A stretch of DNA of 62,865 nt, the filler included. It is 6 parts of 6 records of this genome, joined end to end, with 100 filler letters (N's around TTAATTAATTAA, not from the genome) between each part and the next. Parts side by side here need not be neighbours in the genome. Positions count along the whole stretch, not along the records: positions 26,144 to 32,548 come from DRR723986_84165; positions 32,649 to 55,955 come from DRR723986_86189; 4 more parts are not named here. One strand, 5' to 3'. Shown piece by piece: positions 28,056 through 39,100 of this stretch (positions are counted from its first letter, which is position 1; every line of letters starts with the position of its first letter). Both the position numbers and the translations under genes were made by a program. A model generated the notes under the pieces. That model ran no database searches. It was given only the letters and a program-made list of their open reading frames with translations, and had not been told where the DNA came from.

Positions 28056-29099
28056 TTAGTAAATCTTGGCTGCATTAAGTGCGGCCTGATACCTTCTTGC
28101 ATTTGCATTATGCTGCGCTAAATTAGTAGCAAAAGAATGATATCCTGAGAAATCCTCTTTTGCGCAGAAGTATAAAAACTTATGATCTTCTGCATTTAGT
28201 ACTGCATTCAATGAGTTGATATCGGGTAAGTTTATAGGGCCAGGAGGTAGGCCGGCATACTTATAAGTATTATAGGGGCTATCAGTTTCTTTATGGACGT
28301 TTAGCACACGCTTCAATTCAAAATCTCCAAGTGCAAAAACTAATGTCGGATCAGCTTGAAGTGGCATGTTTAACCGTAATCGGTTTAGGTAGACTCCGGC
28401 GATTCTTGGTCGCTCATCAGATTTTTGACTTTCAGCTTGAACAATACTGGCGAGGGTGCTGACTTCTTTAGGAGTAAGCCCAAGTAGGCGGGCCTTTTGC
28501 TTTTTCTCTTCTGTCCAAAAACTTTCATATTCCCGGTGCATTCTATCAAAAAGTGCCTCAGCGCTTGTATTCCACCAAACTTCATAGGTATTTGGGATAA
28601 ACATGGACATGATAGTTTCTTCATCAAAATCAAACTTTCGGATATATACTGAGTCTTGAATTAAGTCAAGAAATTGATCTTTGGAAATCTCCATATTAGC
28701 AGTGATTTTTTCCGCTAAATCCTCCTTCGTTCTCACATTATTAAAGGTAACTCGGATAGGAGTTTGCCTGCCTGACCGAAGTAACCTTACTAATTCCAGG
28801 TTAGTCATCTTTGGTTCGATGGTGTAAAGTCCTGGTTTTACGTTTTCCTGGTAGTCCATGACTTTGGCTAAAAAGCCAAAACTCACCAAGTCATTTACCA
28901 CATGATTGTCATAAAGTTTATTTGATACGGTTTTGAATGTGTCATTACTCCCTATTTTCAACATATAGTTCTGTTCAGACTCAATCAGCACATTTGGGCT
29001 GAAGAATATCTGGTAGAAATAGAAACTCAGGGAGATAGCCATAACCGAAAAGGCAATGACTAGGACGAGGTAGATGTTTTTTCTTTTTTCGCTTAGCAT
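28056..29099 (-). CDS. mltG: Endolytic transglycosylase MltG
   Basis: LASIVQAE, IAGVYLNRL, LQADPT, SPYNTYKYAGLPPGPI. Likely start is MLSEK at 29099. Confidence 0.95.
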   Translation of the reverse strand: MLSEKRKNIYLVLVIAFSVMAISLSFYFYQIFFSPNVLIESEQNYMLKIGSNDTFKTVSNKLYDNHVVNDLVSFGFLAKVMDYQENVKPGLYTIEPKMTNLELVRLLRSGRQTPIRVTFNNVRTKEDLAEKITANMEISKDQFLDLIQDSVYIRKFDFDEETIMSMFIPNTYEVWWNTSAEALFDRMHREYESFWTEEKKQKARLLGLTPKEVSTLASIVQAESQKSDERPRIAGVYLNRLRLNMPLQADPTLVFALGDFELKRVLNVHKETDSPYNTYKYAGLPPGPINLPDINSLNAVLNAEDHKFLYFCAKEDFSGYHSFATNLAQHNANARRYQAALNAAKIY

Positions 29100-29185
29100 A
29101 CTGATGCCAAAAATAGGGAAAAATCTAAGTTGGAGTTTGTGCCTGAGGTAAGGTAGTGATATCTTTCTAGACAAAATTATGTCTC

Positions 29186-29614
29186 ATGGAAGTGGTTTTA
29201 GTCACCTGCGCTCTTATATTTTTGAATGGGAAGGTGCTTTGCGCGCAAAGATCTAATACTATGAATCTTTCAGGATTTTGGGAATTCCCTGGTGGGAAAA
29301 TTGAAAAAAATGAAAGCCCGGAAGCTTGTCTTGTAAGAGAAATAAAAGAAGAATTGGCAATTTCTGTCTGCACACGTGTTGCATTGAAGTCTAGTGAGTA
29401 TTCTTATTCTGCAGGCAAACTGATACGATTATTGCCCTTTGTTTGCAGTTGGCAGAGTGGAGAAATTACACTGCTTGAACATCAGGAAGTACGTTGGGTA
29501 TCAAAAGAAAATATAAAATCCCTTAATTGGGCACCGGCCGATATTCCTATCGTTGATGAGCTATTTGAAAATTGGAACAAGATTCAGGATCAACTAGTTA
29601 ATTATATCAAATGA
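29186..29614 (+). CDS. MutT-like NUDIX (d)NTP pyrophosphohydrolase
   Basis: WEFPGGKIEKNESPEACLVREIKEEL Nudix box; WAPADIP. Confidence 0.92.
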   Translation: MEVVLVTCALIFLNGKVLCAQRSNTMNLSGFWEFPGGKIEKNESPEACLVREIKEELAISVCTRVALKSSEYSYSAGKLIRLLPFVCSWQSGEITLLEHQEVRWVSKENIKSLNWAPADIPIVDELFENWNKIQDQLVNYIK

Positions 29615-29776
29615 ACTTTGAACTTGTAAATCTTCTTTTATTAGAAATATGTATATAAACTATTATGTGTTGAACACTAGCTTTGGTGGTACTTTGGTCA
29701 TCTGCCATCGCTCCTCCTTCCACGTAGATAAAGTATATAGGGGATAGCTTAATTTTGGCCTAATAGATAAAAAAAT

Positions 29777-30406
29777 ATGCCTGCTGAATTGATAAAACTA
29801 TATGAGGAAAACCCTGATCCTGACAAGATCAGAGAAATTGCATCCATTCTTCGTGATGGTGGTGTGGTGATTTATCCTACAGATACTGTTTACGGCATGG
29901 GCTGTGATATAATGAATTTGCGTGCAGTAGAGCGCATTTGCAAAATCAAGGGAATCAATCCCAAAAAGCACAACTTTTCGATTATCTGTGCCGACTTGAG
30001 CAATATTTCCCAATTCACCAAAATGATTGATAAACCGGTTTTTAAGATGATGAAAAAAGGACTTCCAGGCCCATTCACCTTTATTTTGGAAGCGAGCAAT
30101 CAGGTGCCCAAGATTTTGCACAGCAAAAAGAAAACAATCGGAATTAGAGTCCCAGATCACAATGTGCCTCGCATGCTGGTGTCTGAATTGGGGCATCCGA
30201 TACTCACTACATCCATCAATGACGAAGATGAGGTGATCGAGTATAGTACTGATCCGGAACTGATTTTTGAGAAATTTCAGCATCTCGTCGATGTTGTAAT
30301 TGATGGAGGTTATGGGCAAAATGTCGCCTCAACCGTATTGGACTGTACTGGATACGAAGTGGAAGTGCTCCGAGAAGGCTTAGGGAAAGTGGAGGAATTA
30401 GACTAG
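29777..30406 (+). CDS. Sua5/YciO/YrdC family protein
   Basis: IYPTDTVYG, LPGPFTFIL, GIRVPD, IDGG. Confidence 0.93.
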   Translation: MPAELIKLYEENPDPDKIREIASILRDGGVVIYPTDTVYGMGCDIMNLRAVERICKIKGINPKKHNFSIICADLSNISQFTKMIDKPVFKMMKKGLPGPFTFILEASNQVPKILHSKKKTIGIRVPDHNVPRMLVSELGHPILTTSINDEDEVIEYSTDPELIFEKFQHLVDVVIDGGYGQNVASTVLDCTGYEVEVLREGLGKVEELD

Positions 30407-30407
30407 G

Positions 30408-31034
30408 ATGGTAAAGCGCATTGCAGTAGATCTGCATTATTTTCCGAATCTTGAATTTTTCGCTGCTATTGCTGATGCGGAAGAGTTGATCTTTTTTCCA
30501 GAAGAACGATATCAAAGGCAATCCTATTTCAACCGAACTCAAATCCGTCTAGCGAATAAAACGGGGACGCTCAGTGTTCCGATCCAAGGTAGAAGACCTC
30601 GGCTCTCTCTCCAAAAGATTAAGATTGATTACACACAGAATTGGACGAAAATCCACCTCCGCGGGATTCAAAGTGCATATGGGAAAGCCCCTTTCTATGA
30701 ATATTATTTCCCTTATTTTGAGAACGTTTTCAGTCAGAATACGGAGAGTTTGTGGGATCTAAACTGGGATTTGCTGACAATCTGTCTTAAACTTCTTGGG
30801 ATGCCTGTCAAGATGCGGGTGTATAACAAAGATGAGGATCTTTCCTTGATGCAGGACATAAGAGGACAGCTGGTGCCCTCAGTGCCCTTTTCAGAGCGAG
30901 AATACTATCAGCCTGAGTCTTATTTTCAACTTTTTGGCTTAGACTTTGATCCCAACCTTAGCATTCTGGATTTGTTGTTCTGCGAAGGGCCAGCATCTAA
31001 AAGCATAGTATTAAAGTCTGTAAAAAAACATTGA
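30408..31034 (+). CDS. WbqC family protein
   Basis: YQRQSYFNRTQI, AYGKAPFYEYY, NLSILDLLFCEGP. Confidence 0.9.
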   Translation: MVKRIAVDLHYFPNLEFFAAIADAEELIFFPEERYQRQSYFNRTQIRLANKTGTLSVPIQGRRPRLSLQKIKIDYTQNWTKIHLRGIQSAYGKAPFYEYYFPYFENVFSQNTESLWDLNWDLLTICLKLLGMPVKMRVYNKDEDLSLMQDIRGQLVPSVPFSEREYYQPESYFQLFGLDFDPNLSILDLLFCEGPASKSIVLKSVKKH

Positions 31035-31115
31035 ACAATCTGCAAAAGGATTGTGTTTTTAAAACAAATTCGGTAACATACGTACAGGATTATTAAACAA
31101 TCAGATAGGAATTAA

Positions 31116-32548
31116 ATGGAAGCAAAATTTTCGAACAGAGTCAAAGAGGTGATCTCTCTTAGCCGCGAAGAAGCTCTTCGCCTTGGACATGATTACATTG
31201 GCACAGAGCACCTCTTGCTGGGGATGATTCGCGAAGGAGAAGGTGTTGCTGTTTCCATTCTTAAGAAATTGGGAGTGCCAATGGATGAATTGCGGAACGC
31301 GATAGAACGTGCTGTTAAAGGCACCGCAAATCACAACGTCAAAAATATGGCAAATATCCCTCTGACCAGACAGTCAGAGAAGGTATTGAAAATAACTTAT
31401 TTGGAGGCGAAGATCTTCAAAAGTCAGCTAATTGGTACGGAGCATTTGCTTCTTTCCATCTTGAGAGATGAAGACAACATCGCCACGCAAATACTTAACA
31501 AATTTGAAATCAATTACGATTCGGTAAAAGAGATGCTGGAAATGTCATCTGACTCTACTCCTCGCTCCAAAGCTGAGGCAGAAGATGGCGATGATGATGG
31601 TTCTAAGCTTTTCGGTTCTACAGGCAGTGGTTCTGGTGCGTCTAAGCCAGGAGCAGAGAAGTCTAGAACGCCGGTCTTGGATAATTTCGGTAGAGATTTG
31701 ACCAAAATGGCAGAAGATGATAAGCTTGATCCAATCATCGGTCGTGAGAAAGAAATCGAGCGAGTAGCTCAGATTCTTTCAAGAAGAAAGAAAAACAATC
31801 CGATTTTGATCGGAGAGCCTGGTGTAGGTAAGACAGCTATCGCAGAAGGTTTAGCATTGAGAATTATTCAGAAGAAGGTTTCTCGTGTGCTTTTCAATAA
31901 GCGGGTGGTGACACTTGATCTCGCTTCTTTAGTTGCGGGAACTAAATATAGAGGGCAGTTTGAAGAGAGAATGAAAGCCGTGATGAACGAGCTGGAGAAA
32001 TCTCCAAACGTCATTCTTTTCATCGATGAACTCCATACAATCGTAGGAGCAGGTGGCGCATCTGGGTCTTTGGATGCGTCTAATATGTTCAAGCCTGCTT
32101 TGGCACGTGGAGAAATCCAATGTATCGGAGCAACTACACTTGATGAGTATCGTCAGTATATCGAGAAAGACGGTGCACTAGCTCGTAGATTCCAGATGGT
32201 GATGGTAGATGCTACTACTCCAGAGGAGACAGTGCAGATTCTGAATAATATAAAGGATAAGTACGAGGATCACCATAATGTGAATTATACCGATGAGGCT
32301 ATAGTTGCCTGTGTGAAACTATCCGATAGATACATTTCCGATAGATTCTTGCCAGATAAGGCTATAGATATTTTGGATGAGGCAGGAGCCAGAGTCCATA
32401 TTAATAATATTCATGTGCCGGAAGATATTCTGAAACTTGAAGCTGAAGTAGAAGACATCAAAACTGAGAAAAACCGAGTGGTGAAATCTCAGAAATATGA
32501 AGAAGCGGCTCAGTTGAGGGATAAGGAGAAGAAATTGCTCGAGCAATT
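31116..32548 (+). CDS. clpC: ATP-dependent Clp protease ATP-binding subunit ClpC (3' truncated)
   Basis: Two Clp N repeats (GTEHLLL), [18 protein letters not shown] motif [11 protein letters not shown]. Confidence 0.95.
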
Positions 32549-32650
32549 NNNNNNNNNNNNNNNNNNNNNNNNNNNNNNNNNNNNNNNNNNNNTTAATTAA
32601 TTAANNNNNNNNNNNNNNNNNNNNNNNNNNNNNNNNNNNNNNNNNNNNCT

Positions 32651-33892
32651 TTTGATAAAGAACAAAAAAACATTTATATCAATAAAAAAGGCCAATTGAT
32701 GAAAGTGGATGTAAGTTCTGGTAAAATGGAGCCAATTAGCATACAATCTGAAATGCAGTTGAACGCATCAGCTGAGAGAACTTACATGTTCAATCATGCT
32801 TGGAGACAAGTAAGAGAAAAGTTTTATGTGGAAGATTTACACGGTGTTAATTGGGACATGTATAAAGATGAATACAGCAAATTTCTACCTTACATCAACA
32901 ATGGATACGATTTTTCTGAGATGCTTTCAGAACTGCTTGGCGAACTCAACGCATCACATACGGGTGCTAGGTATAGGAATCATAACGCTGATGGGGATCA
33001 AACTGCATCATTGGGTTGCTTTTATGATAAAGCTCATTCAGGTGATGGATTGAAAGTGCTTGAAATTTTACCCAAAGGCCCTTTGTCTAAATGTTCTGAA
33101 AAAATGGTAAACGGGGTGATCATCAAAAAAATTGACGGAATAGAAATCAAAGCGAATGAAAACTACTTGCCTCTTCTCAATCGAAAGGTTGGAGACAAAG
33201 TGTTGTTAAGTGTTTATAATCCTTCAACAAAAGAGAGCTGGGAAGAAATAGTAAAACCAATTTCTACGAGAACTGAAAACAACCTATTGTATCACAGGTG
33301 GATAAAAATTTGTGAAGATAAAGTAGAAGAATTATCTAACGGCAGAATCGGCTACGTACATGTTAAATCTATGTCACCGGGAGGATTCACTTCAGTTTAC
33401 GACAAAGCTCTTGGAAAATACAATAAAAAAGAAGCCTTGATTGTGGATACCCGCTTTAACGGTGGTGGCTGGTTACATGATGATTTAGCTACTTTTTTAA
33501 GCGGTAAAACCTATATGACGTTTGAACCAAGAGGTCAGAAAAATATGGGCGGCGAACCATTAGAAAAATGGCAGAAAGCATCCTGCGTTTTAATGTCAGA
33601 AGGGAATTATTCTGACGCACACCTATTTCCATATGTTTACAAGCAATTGGGCATTGGAAAATTAATTGGAATGCCCGTTGCTGGAACAGGGACGGCAGTT
33701 TGGTGGGAAACTATGATTGATGGTCAAACCGTTTTCGGTATTCCTCAAGTCGGTATGCGCTCCGTTACGGAAGGATTTTTAGTGGAGAATCATGATTTAT
33801 TACCAGACATTGAGGTCAATAATGAATACGAACAATTCATTAATGGAAATGATCAGCAATTAGAGGCGGCAGTCAAAGAACTATTAAAATAA
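32651..33892 (+). CDS. Tricorn-like S41 peptidase, C-terminal part (5' truncated)
   Basis: LGELNASHTG, PDZ region, IGYVHV, DTRFNGGG, NYSDAH, PDIEV. Frame is open to the contig edge. Confidence 0.92.
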   Translation, partial: FDKEQKNIYINKKGQLMKVDVSSGKMEPISIQSEMQLNASAERTYMFNHAWRQVREKFYVEDLHGVNWDMYKDEYSKFLPYINNGYDFSEMLSELLGELNASHTGARYRNHNADGDQTASLGCFYDKAHSGDGLKVLEILPKGPLSKCSEKMVNGVIIKKIDGIEIKANENYLPLLNRKVGDKVLLSVYNPSTKESWEEIVKPISTRTENNLLYHRWIKICEDKVEELSNGRIGYVHVKSMSPGGFTSVYDKALGKYNKKEALIVDTRFNGGGWLHDDLATFLSGKTYMTFEPRGQKNMGGEPLEKWQKASCVLMSEGNYSDAHLFPYVYKQLGIGKLIGMPVAGTGTAVWWETMIDGQTVFGIPQVGMRSVTEGFLVENHDLLPDIEVNNEYEQFINGNDQQLEAAVKELLK

Positions 33893-33893
33893 A

Positions 33894-34670
33894 TTGAAAA
33901 GGTCATCCAGCATATTTAAATATTCCATTATCAGCCTAATTGTTTTAGGCATTGGAATATGTTCTTGTGGTGATGGTAAAAACAGTTTTGTTCGATATTA
34001 CAATTTAGGTGATGAAAAAATTGATCTGAGCAGAAAATATTTGAGAGAGGTTCCATCAGATGTTTTCAATCATACTGAAATCAAATCCCTCAATCTGCAC
34101 AACAATAAGCTCACAACTATTCCGTCTGACATTGGCAAACTCGTAAACCTTGAACGATTAATCATCAGCAGAAATGACCTCACCTCTATTCCACCTGAAA
34201 TTGGTCAATTAAAGAAACTCAGAAAGTTATCTTTAAAAGCGAACAAATTGACCAAAATCCCAAAAGAGATTGGCCAATTAGAGAACTTAGAAGAATTGCA
34301 TTTAAGTTTTAATTCTTTGACTTCCCTACCGGATGAAATTTGTAATCTAAAAAAACTCTCACATGTCTATCTGGAGTTTAATCAGCTTGAGTCATTGCCT
34401 GAAAACATTGGAGAGATGTCGGCATTATTTCATTTAGCCATAGGACCTAATCAATTAAAATCTTTACCTCTCAGTTTCTATGATCTAACCCAATTAAATG
34501 TTTTAGATGTTTCTAGAGCTGGTCCCAATTTCATTATCAGTGACAGCATTTGTGCTTTTAGGTTAATTGAAACACTTTACATTGACCAAACCACCCTAAG
34601 TTTTGTTCCGAACTGTGTTGCGATAAGAGCTAGATCAAATCCGAGATTTAGGATTGTAATTAAAAACTAA
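33894..34670 (+). CDS. Leucine-rich repeat protein, probable lipoprotein
   Basis: 23-aa LxxLxLxxNxLxxIPxEIGxL repeats. N-terminal hydrophobic stretch ending ICSC. Confidence 0.9.
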   Translation: MKRSSSIFKYSIISLIVLGIGICSCGDGKNSFVRYYNLGDEKIDLSRKYLREVPSDVFNHTEIKSLNLHNNKLTTIPSDIGKLVNLERLIISRNDLTSIPPEIGQLKKLRKLSLKANKLTKIPKEIGQLENLEELHLSFNSLTSLPDEICNLKKLSHVYLEFNQLESLPENIGEMSALFHLAIGPNQLKSLPLSFYDLTQLNVLDVSRAGPNFIISDSICAFRLIETLYIDQTTLSFVPNCVAIRARSNPRFRIVIKN

Positions 34671-34672
34671 GT

Positions 34673-35317
34673 TTACTTGGCTGTTTCTTTGAGCATTGGA
34701 ACAAAGCTGAACTTTCCGAATGACTTTTGAGAGATTTCGCCAGCTTCATTTTTTGTCAACAAAATCATCTCCTGCACTTTTCCATCACCTAAAGGAATAA
34801 CCATTCTGCCACCATTTTTTAATTGATTCACCAAGTCTTCTGGTATGTAGGGAGCACCACAGGTAATAATTATTTTATCAAAAGGAGCAAAACTCGGCCA
34901 TCCTTTATAGCCATCTCCATACCTCAGTTTAGGCGTATAGCTCAACTTAGGAATCAGTTGTTTGGTTTTTAAAAAGAGTTCTTTTTGGCGCTCAATTGAA
35001 AATACTTTAGCTCCGATTTCACAAAGTACAGCTGTTTGAAAACCAGAACCAGTTCCAATTTCCAAAACTTTATCACCTTTAGATAAATCCAAAAGTTCTG
35101 TTTGAAATGCAACTGTATAAGGATGCGATATAGTTTGACCAGCACCAATTTGAAAAGCCATATTTGAATAAGCCTGCTTGGTAAACACAGGATCAAGAAA
35201 ATAATGCCGAGGAACCGCCATTATTGCGTCTAATACTGATTGTTGTTGAATACCTTTTTCTGCAAGTTCTGCTACCAATTGCTTTCTTAAGCCCTTATGT
35301 CTAAAATTATCAATCAT
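34673..35317 (-). CDS. pcm: Protein-L-isoaspartate O-methyltransferase
   Basis: VPRHYF, GQTISHP, VLEIGTGSGFQ, APFDKII. ATG 35317 lies just below a TACTTTTG -7 element (35323-35330). Confidence 0.95.
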   Translation of the reverse strand: MIDNFRHKGLRKQLVAELAEKGIQQQSVLDAIMAVPRHYFLDPVFTKQAYSNMAFQIGAGQTISHPYTVAFQTELLDLSKGDKVLEIGTGSGFQTAVLCEIGAKVFSIERQKELFLKTKQLIPKLSYTPKLRYGDGYKGWPSFAPFDKIIITCGAPYIPEDLVNQLKNGGRMVIPLGDGKVQEMILLTKNEAGEISQKSFGKFSFVPMLKETAK

Positions 35318-35475
35318 CCAGGCAAAAGTAAGCTCAAATTTTTTGATTAATTCATCCCAATCTTTTAAACTTTCAACAAGCATTTTTTAGCTTTACCCGA
35401 TTCTTGTCATAATCAGTGATTCTTTTTCACTTTCGGTCTAATAATTTTGTTATTTTTAAGTTTTTACGACAGCTC

Positions 35476-38400
35476 GTGAGTTACTACTTTAAATTTCTTC
35501 TATTCCCACTGCTTTTGTTGCTTTCTTGTAACAAGAAAAAGCAAGAGGTTCAACCTGATGAAAATCAAGCTGAAGAAGAAAGTGTTGAGGATGATTTTTT
35601 AAATCCAAATCTAGTAACAGGAGAGCCATACCCCTTTCAGCCAAAAGTTCTTGACCCAGATTTAATTCCTGCTCCTGAAGTCATAAAAGCAGGAGATCCA
35701 ATTGAACAGGGAGCACATTCAAATATTCAATCGGTAAAACAACCGATAATTAAATTACTTTCAACCTCGCTTCCTCATAAAACATTAGGGCAAGGTGATA
35801 TTGAAATGCCAGTAATCACTGAGGCCTCCGGAACTTCTAAGGAACTTGGTTACAATCAACCAGTTATCGGATCTAAATTCGATTTCAATGATGGGGCTAG
35901 TTACAATATTCAAGGAATTGATGTTGATCAAGGATTGAGTTCTAGCTATGTTATGGACATGATAGAAGATCGAAGAGGTAATCTTTGGTTTGCAACTTGG
36001 ACCACTGGCGTAACCATGTATAACGGACGAACGTTCATTCAATTTGATGAATCTAAAGGGTTAAAATCCAATTATGTTTGGACAATCCATGAAGATAAAA
36101 ACGGAACAATCTGGTTCGGAACGGATGGTTCAGGAGTAACTTCTTATGATGGACATACTTTTATTGATTACAATATTGATGATGGTTTAGCAAGCAATTT
36201 GGTGTTAGACATCACAGAAGACGACAATGGCAACATTTGGTTCGCTACAGGTCAAGGGATCAGTATGTTTGATGGTACTCACTTTACAACTTACGGCTTA
36301 GAACAAGGAATGAGTGGTGATTATGTCACATCCATTTCATTTGACGAAAAAGGGCAATTGTGGGCAGGAATTGATGGCGCTGGAGTCAATAAATTTGATG
36401 GCGAAGGATTTACGCATTTCGGAACAAATGAAGGTTTAATCTCAAATAATGTTTCCGTTATTTATTGTGATGATGAAGAAAACCTGTGGATCGGAACAAA
36501 AGATTCTGGTATTTGCATGTATGATGGCTATTCATTCATCACCTACACTGAAGAAATGGGCTTGAGCAATAATCACATCAAGGCGATTTTAGAAGATAAT
36601 TATGGCAATATGTGGTTCGGAACTGAGGGAGGTGGAGCTTGCATGTATAACCGCTTTGAATTCAAAAAATTCACTGTTCGAGAAGGAATGAGTAACAATA
36701 TCATTTGGTCTTTGTTAGAAGATTCTGATGGAAATATATGGTTTGGTACATTTGGAGCTGGCGCTAATGTTTACAATGAACGCTCATTTGAAAATTATTC
36801 TGAAAAACAAGGTTTGTTAGACCATATCGTTAGAGATATTTACCAGGATAGAGAGGGATTTTTATGGTTTGCAACCAACAACGGTGTTAGCAAATACAAC
36901 GGTAAATCATTCTTACATTATACTGAGGAGCAAGGATTAGCTTTGAACACTGTTCGGGCCATTCATCAAGACAATGAAGGTAATTTTTGGTTCGCCACCA
37001 ACGGAAACGGTGTTTCTAAATTTGATGGAGAAACTTTCACGAATTACAATTCTGATAATGGATTATCTGGGGATATCGTTCTGTCAATTTATGAAAATAG
37101 TGTTGGAGATTTATGGTTCGGAACTTTTATGGGAGGAGTAACAAGATATGACGGTTATACTTTCAGTCATTTTACTGAAGAACAAGGTTTAAGTAATAAT
37201 ACAGTGCAATCAATTCTGGAAGATTCATTAGGTCAGATGTATTTTGGAACAAAAGGTGGAGGAATTTCGATTTATGATGGACAAAACATCACGAATTATA
37301 CGGTAACGGAAGGATTAAGTGATAATTCAATTATTTCCTTGATTGAGGATTCAGAAGGCAATATTTGGGCAGGAACAGAAGGACGTGGATTGAATAAGTT
37401 TAGTCAAGATACGATCATCATTTACAGTACTGCAAACGGAATCAGCAATGACATTATCTGGTCTATTGTTGAGGATAACAATGGAGACTTGTGGCTCGGT
37501 ACAGAAAAAGGTCTTAATGTGTTTTCAATTAATGACAGTGGTCAAGTAGATATTACGAGTTTTGGAAAATTAGATGGACTAAAAGGTTCTGACTTCTACC
37601 CTAACTCAGTATGCCTAGATGATGAAAACCGATTATGGTGGGGAACCGGAAAAGCATTAGCAATGCTGGACTTGAAAAAATACGAGCAAGTTTCAAAACC
37701 ACCTTTCCTGCAAATAACTGACATCAGATTACATCAAACATTTGTTGACTATAGAAAACTAAAAGATTCAATTGATGCAGGAGTTGAGTTTCACTTGGGC
37801 GATTCTGATTTAAAAACTCTGAATGGCATCCAGTTCGGTGAAATCGAACCCTTTACAAATTGTCCAGATAAGCTTGAATTACCCTACGACTTAAGCCACA
37901 TTACGTTCTATTTTTCAGGGATAGATTGGTCAGCACCTCACAAGGTACAGTACCAATATAAATTACAAGGCCATGATGACGAGTGGAGCCCACTTTCATC
38001 TGAAAACCGCGCGGTATTCAGTAATATTTCTCCGGGAGAATACATTTTTAAAGTCAGAGCCATTTCTGATTCAAAAATTTGGAGTGATGAATTGGCTTAT
38101 GCTATAATTATCCATGCCCCTTGGTGGATGACCGGATGGGCCTATCTTCTATACACCCTAAGTGGATTATTTCTTATTGTTTTATTCATTCGATTCAGAA
38201 CCAAAAAACTTGTTGAGAATCAACGTCACCTTGAGTCAGTGGTAACACAAAGGACATCTGAGGTTGTTAAACAAAAAAATTTAGTGGAAGCTAAAAACAA
38301 GGAAATTACTGATTCAATTAATTATGCACAGAGAATTCAAAGTGCTATTCTTCCTTCAAAAAATCTGATTGAAAAACATCTTCCTAATTCTTTCTTCATG

Positions 38401-39048
38401 TACAAACCTAAAGACATTGTAGCTGGAGATTTTTATTGGTTAGAAACATCTGACGAAAAAGAACTTTTGCTAGCCGCTGCAGATTGCACTGGACATGGAG
38501 TACCTGGCGCAATGGTGAGTGTTGTATGTAATAACGCATTAAATAGAACCGTTCGTGAATTTAAATTACATGAACCTGCTAAAATTTTAAATAAGGTAAG
38601 AGATTTGGTGATAGAAACCTTTGAAACATCTGATACAGAAGTGAAGGATGGAATGGACATCTCTTTAATATCCCTTAACCCTGACACTTTAGAGCTCAAG
38701 TATTCGGGAGCTAACAATGATTTATATCTTATTACAAATGGAGAATTGAAGGTCTTTAGAGCAGACAAGCAACCAATAGGTCGATATGTGGTGACCAAAG
38801 ACTTTAACGAACACGTTATTCAACTCCAAAAAGGAGATTCGTTCTATATTTTCACAGATGGCTATATGGATCAGTTTGGTGGACCTAAGGGTAAAAAATT
38901 CAAGTATTCCGCCTTTAAAGATTTACTTTCTGAAATTCATGCTAAACCCATGAAAGAACAAGAAGAAATCTTAGATGAAACTATAACTCTTTGGATGAGA
39001 GGACTTGAACAGATAGACGATATCTGTGTAATCGGAGTGAGAGTGTAA
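35476..39048 (+). CDS. Beta-propeller/Y_Y_Y sensor fused to a SpoIIE-type PP2C phosphatase
   Basis: Many EDxxGNxWFGT repeats (Reg_prop), YQYKLQG..WS..PGEYIFKVRA (Y_Y_Y), PWW + TM, SINYAQRIQ, GDFYW, ADCTGHGVPGA, DGMD, TDG, DDI. Lipobox LLSC follows GTG 35476. Confidence 0.9.
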   Translation: MSYYFKFLLFPLLLLLSCNKKKQEVQPDENQAEEESVEDDFLNPNLVTGEPYPFQPKVLDPDLIPAPEVIKAGDPIEQGAHSNIQSVKQPIIKLLSTSLPHKTLGQGDIEMPVITEASGTSKELGYNQPVIGSKFDFNDGASYNIQGIDVDQGLSSSYVMDMIEDRRGNLWFATWTTGVTMYNGRTFIQFDESKGLKSNYVWTIHEDKNGTIWFGTDGSGVTSYDGHTFIDYNIDDGLASNLVLDITEDDNGNIWFATGQGISMFDGTHFTTYGLEQGMSGDYVTSISFDEKGQLWAGIDGAGVNKFDGEGFTHFGTNEGLISNNVSVIYCDDEENLWIGTKDSGICMYDGYSFITYTEEMGLSNNHIKAILEDNYGNMWFGTEGGGACMYNRFEFKKFTVREGMSNNIIWSLLEDSDGNIWFGTFGAGANVYNERSFENYSEKQGLLDHIVRDIYQDREGFLWFATNNGVSKYNGKSFLHYTEEQGLALNTVRAIHQDNEGNFWFATNGNGVSKFDGETFTNYNSDNGLSGDIVLSIYENSVGDLWFGTFMGGVTRYDGYTFSHFTEEQGLSNNTVQSILEDSLGQMYFGTKGGGISIYDGQNITNYTVTEGLSDNSIISLIEDSEGNIWAGTEGRGLNKFSQDTIIIYSTANGISNDIIWSIVEDNNGDLWLGTEKGLNVFSINDSGQVDITSFGKLDGLKGSDFYPNSVCLDDENRLWWGTGKALAMLDLKKYEQVSKPPFLQITDIRLHQTFVDYRKLKDSIDAGVEFHLGDSDLKTLNGIQFGEIEPFTNCPDKLELPYDLSHITFYFSGIDWSAPHKVQYQYKLQGHDDEWSPLSSENRAVFSNISPGEYIFKVRAISDSKIWSDELAYAIIIHAPWWMTGWAYLLYTLSGLFLIVLFIRFRTKKLVENQRHLESVVTQRTSEVVKQKNLVEAKNKEITDSINYAQRIQSAILPSKNLIEKHLPNSFFMYKPKDIVAGDFYWLETSDEKELLLAAADCTGHGVPGAMVSVVCNNALNRTVREFKLHEPAKILNKVRDLVIETFETSDTEVKDGMDISLISLNPDTLELKYSGANNDLYLITNGELKVFRADKQPIGRYVVTKDFNEHVIQLQKGDSFYIFTDGYMDQFGGPKGKKFKYSAFKDLLSEIHAKPMKEQEEILDETITLWMRGLEQIDDICVIGVRV

Positions 39049-39100
39049 TCGACCCTTTCAAATTATTTTCAGCTTCTTTTAAGTTTATTAACTTCGCAAA

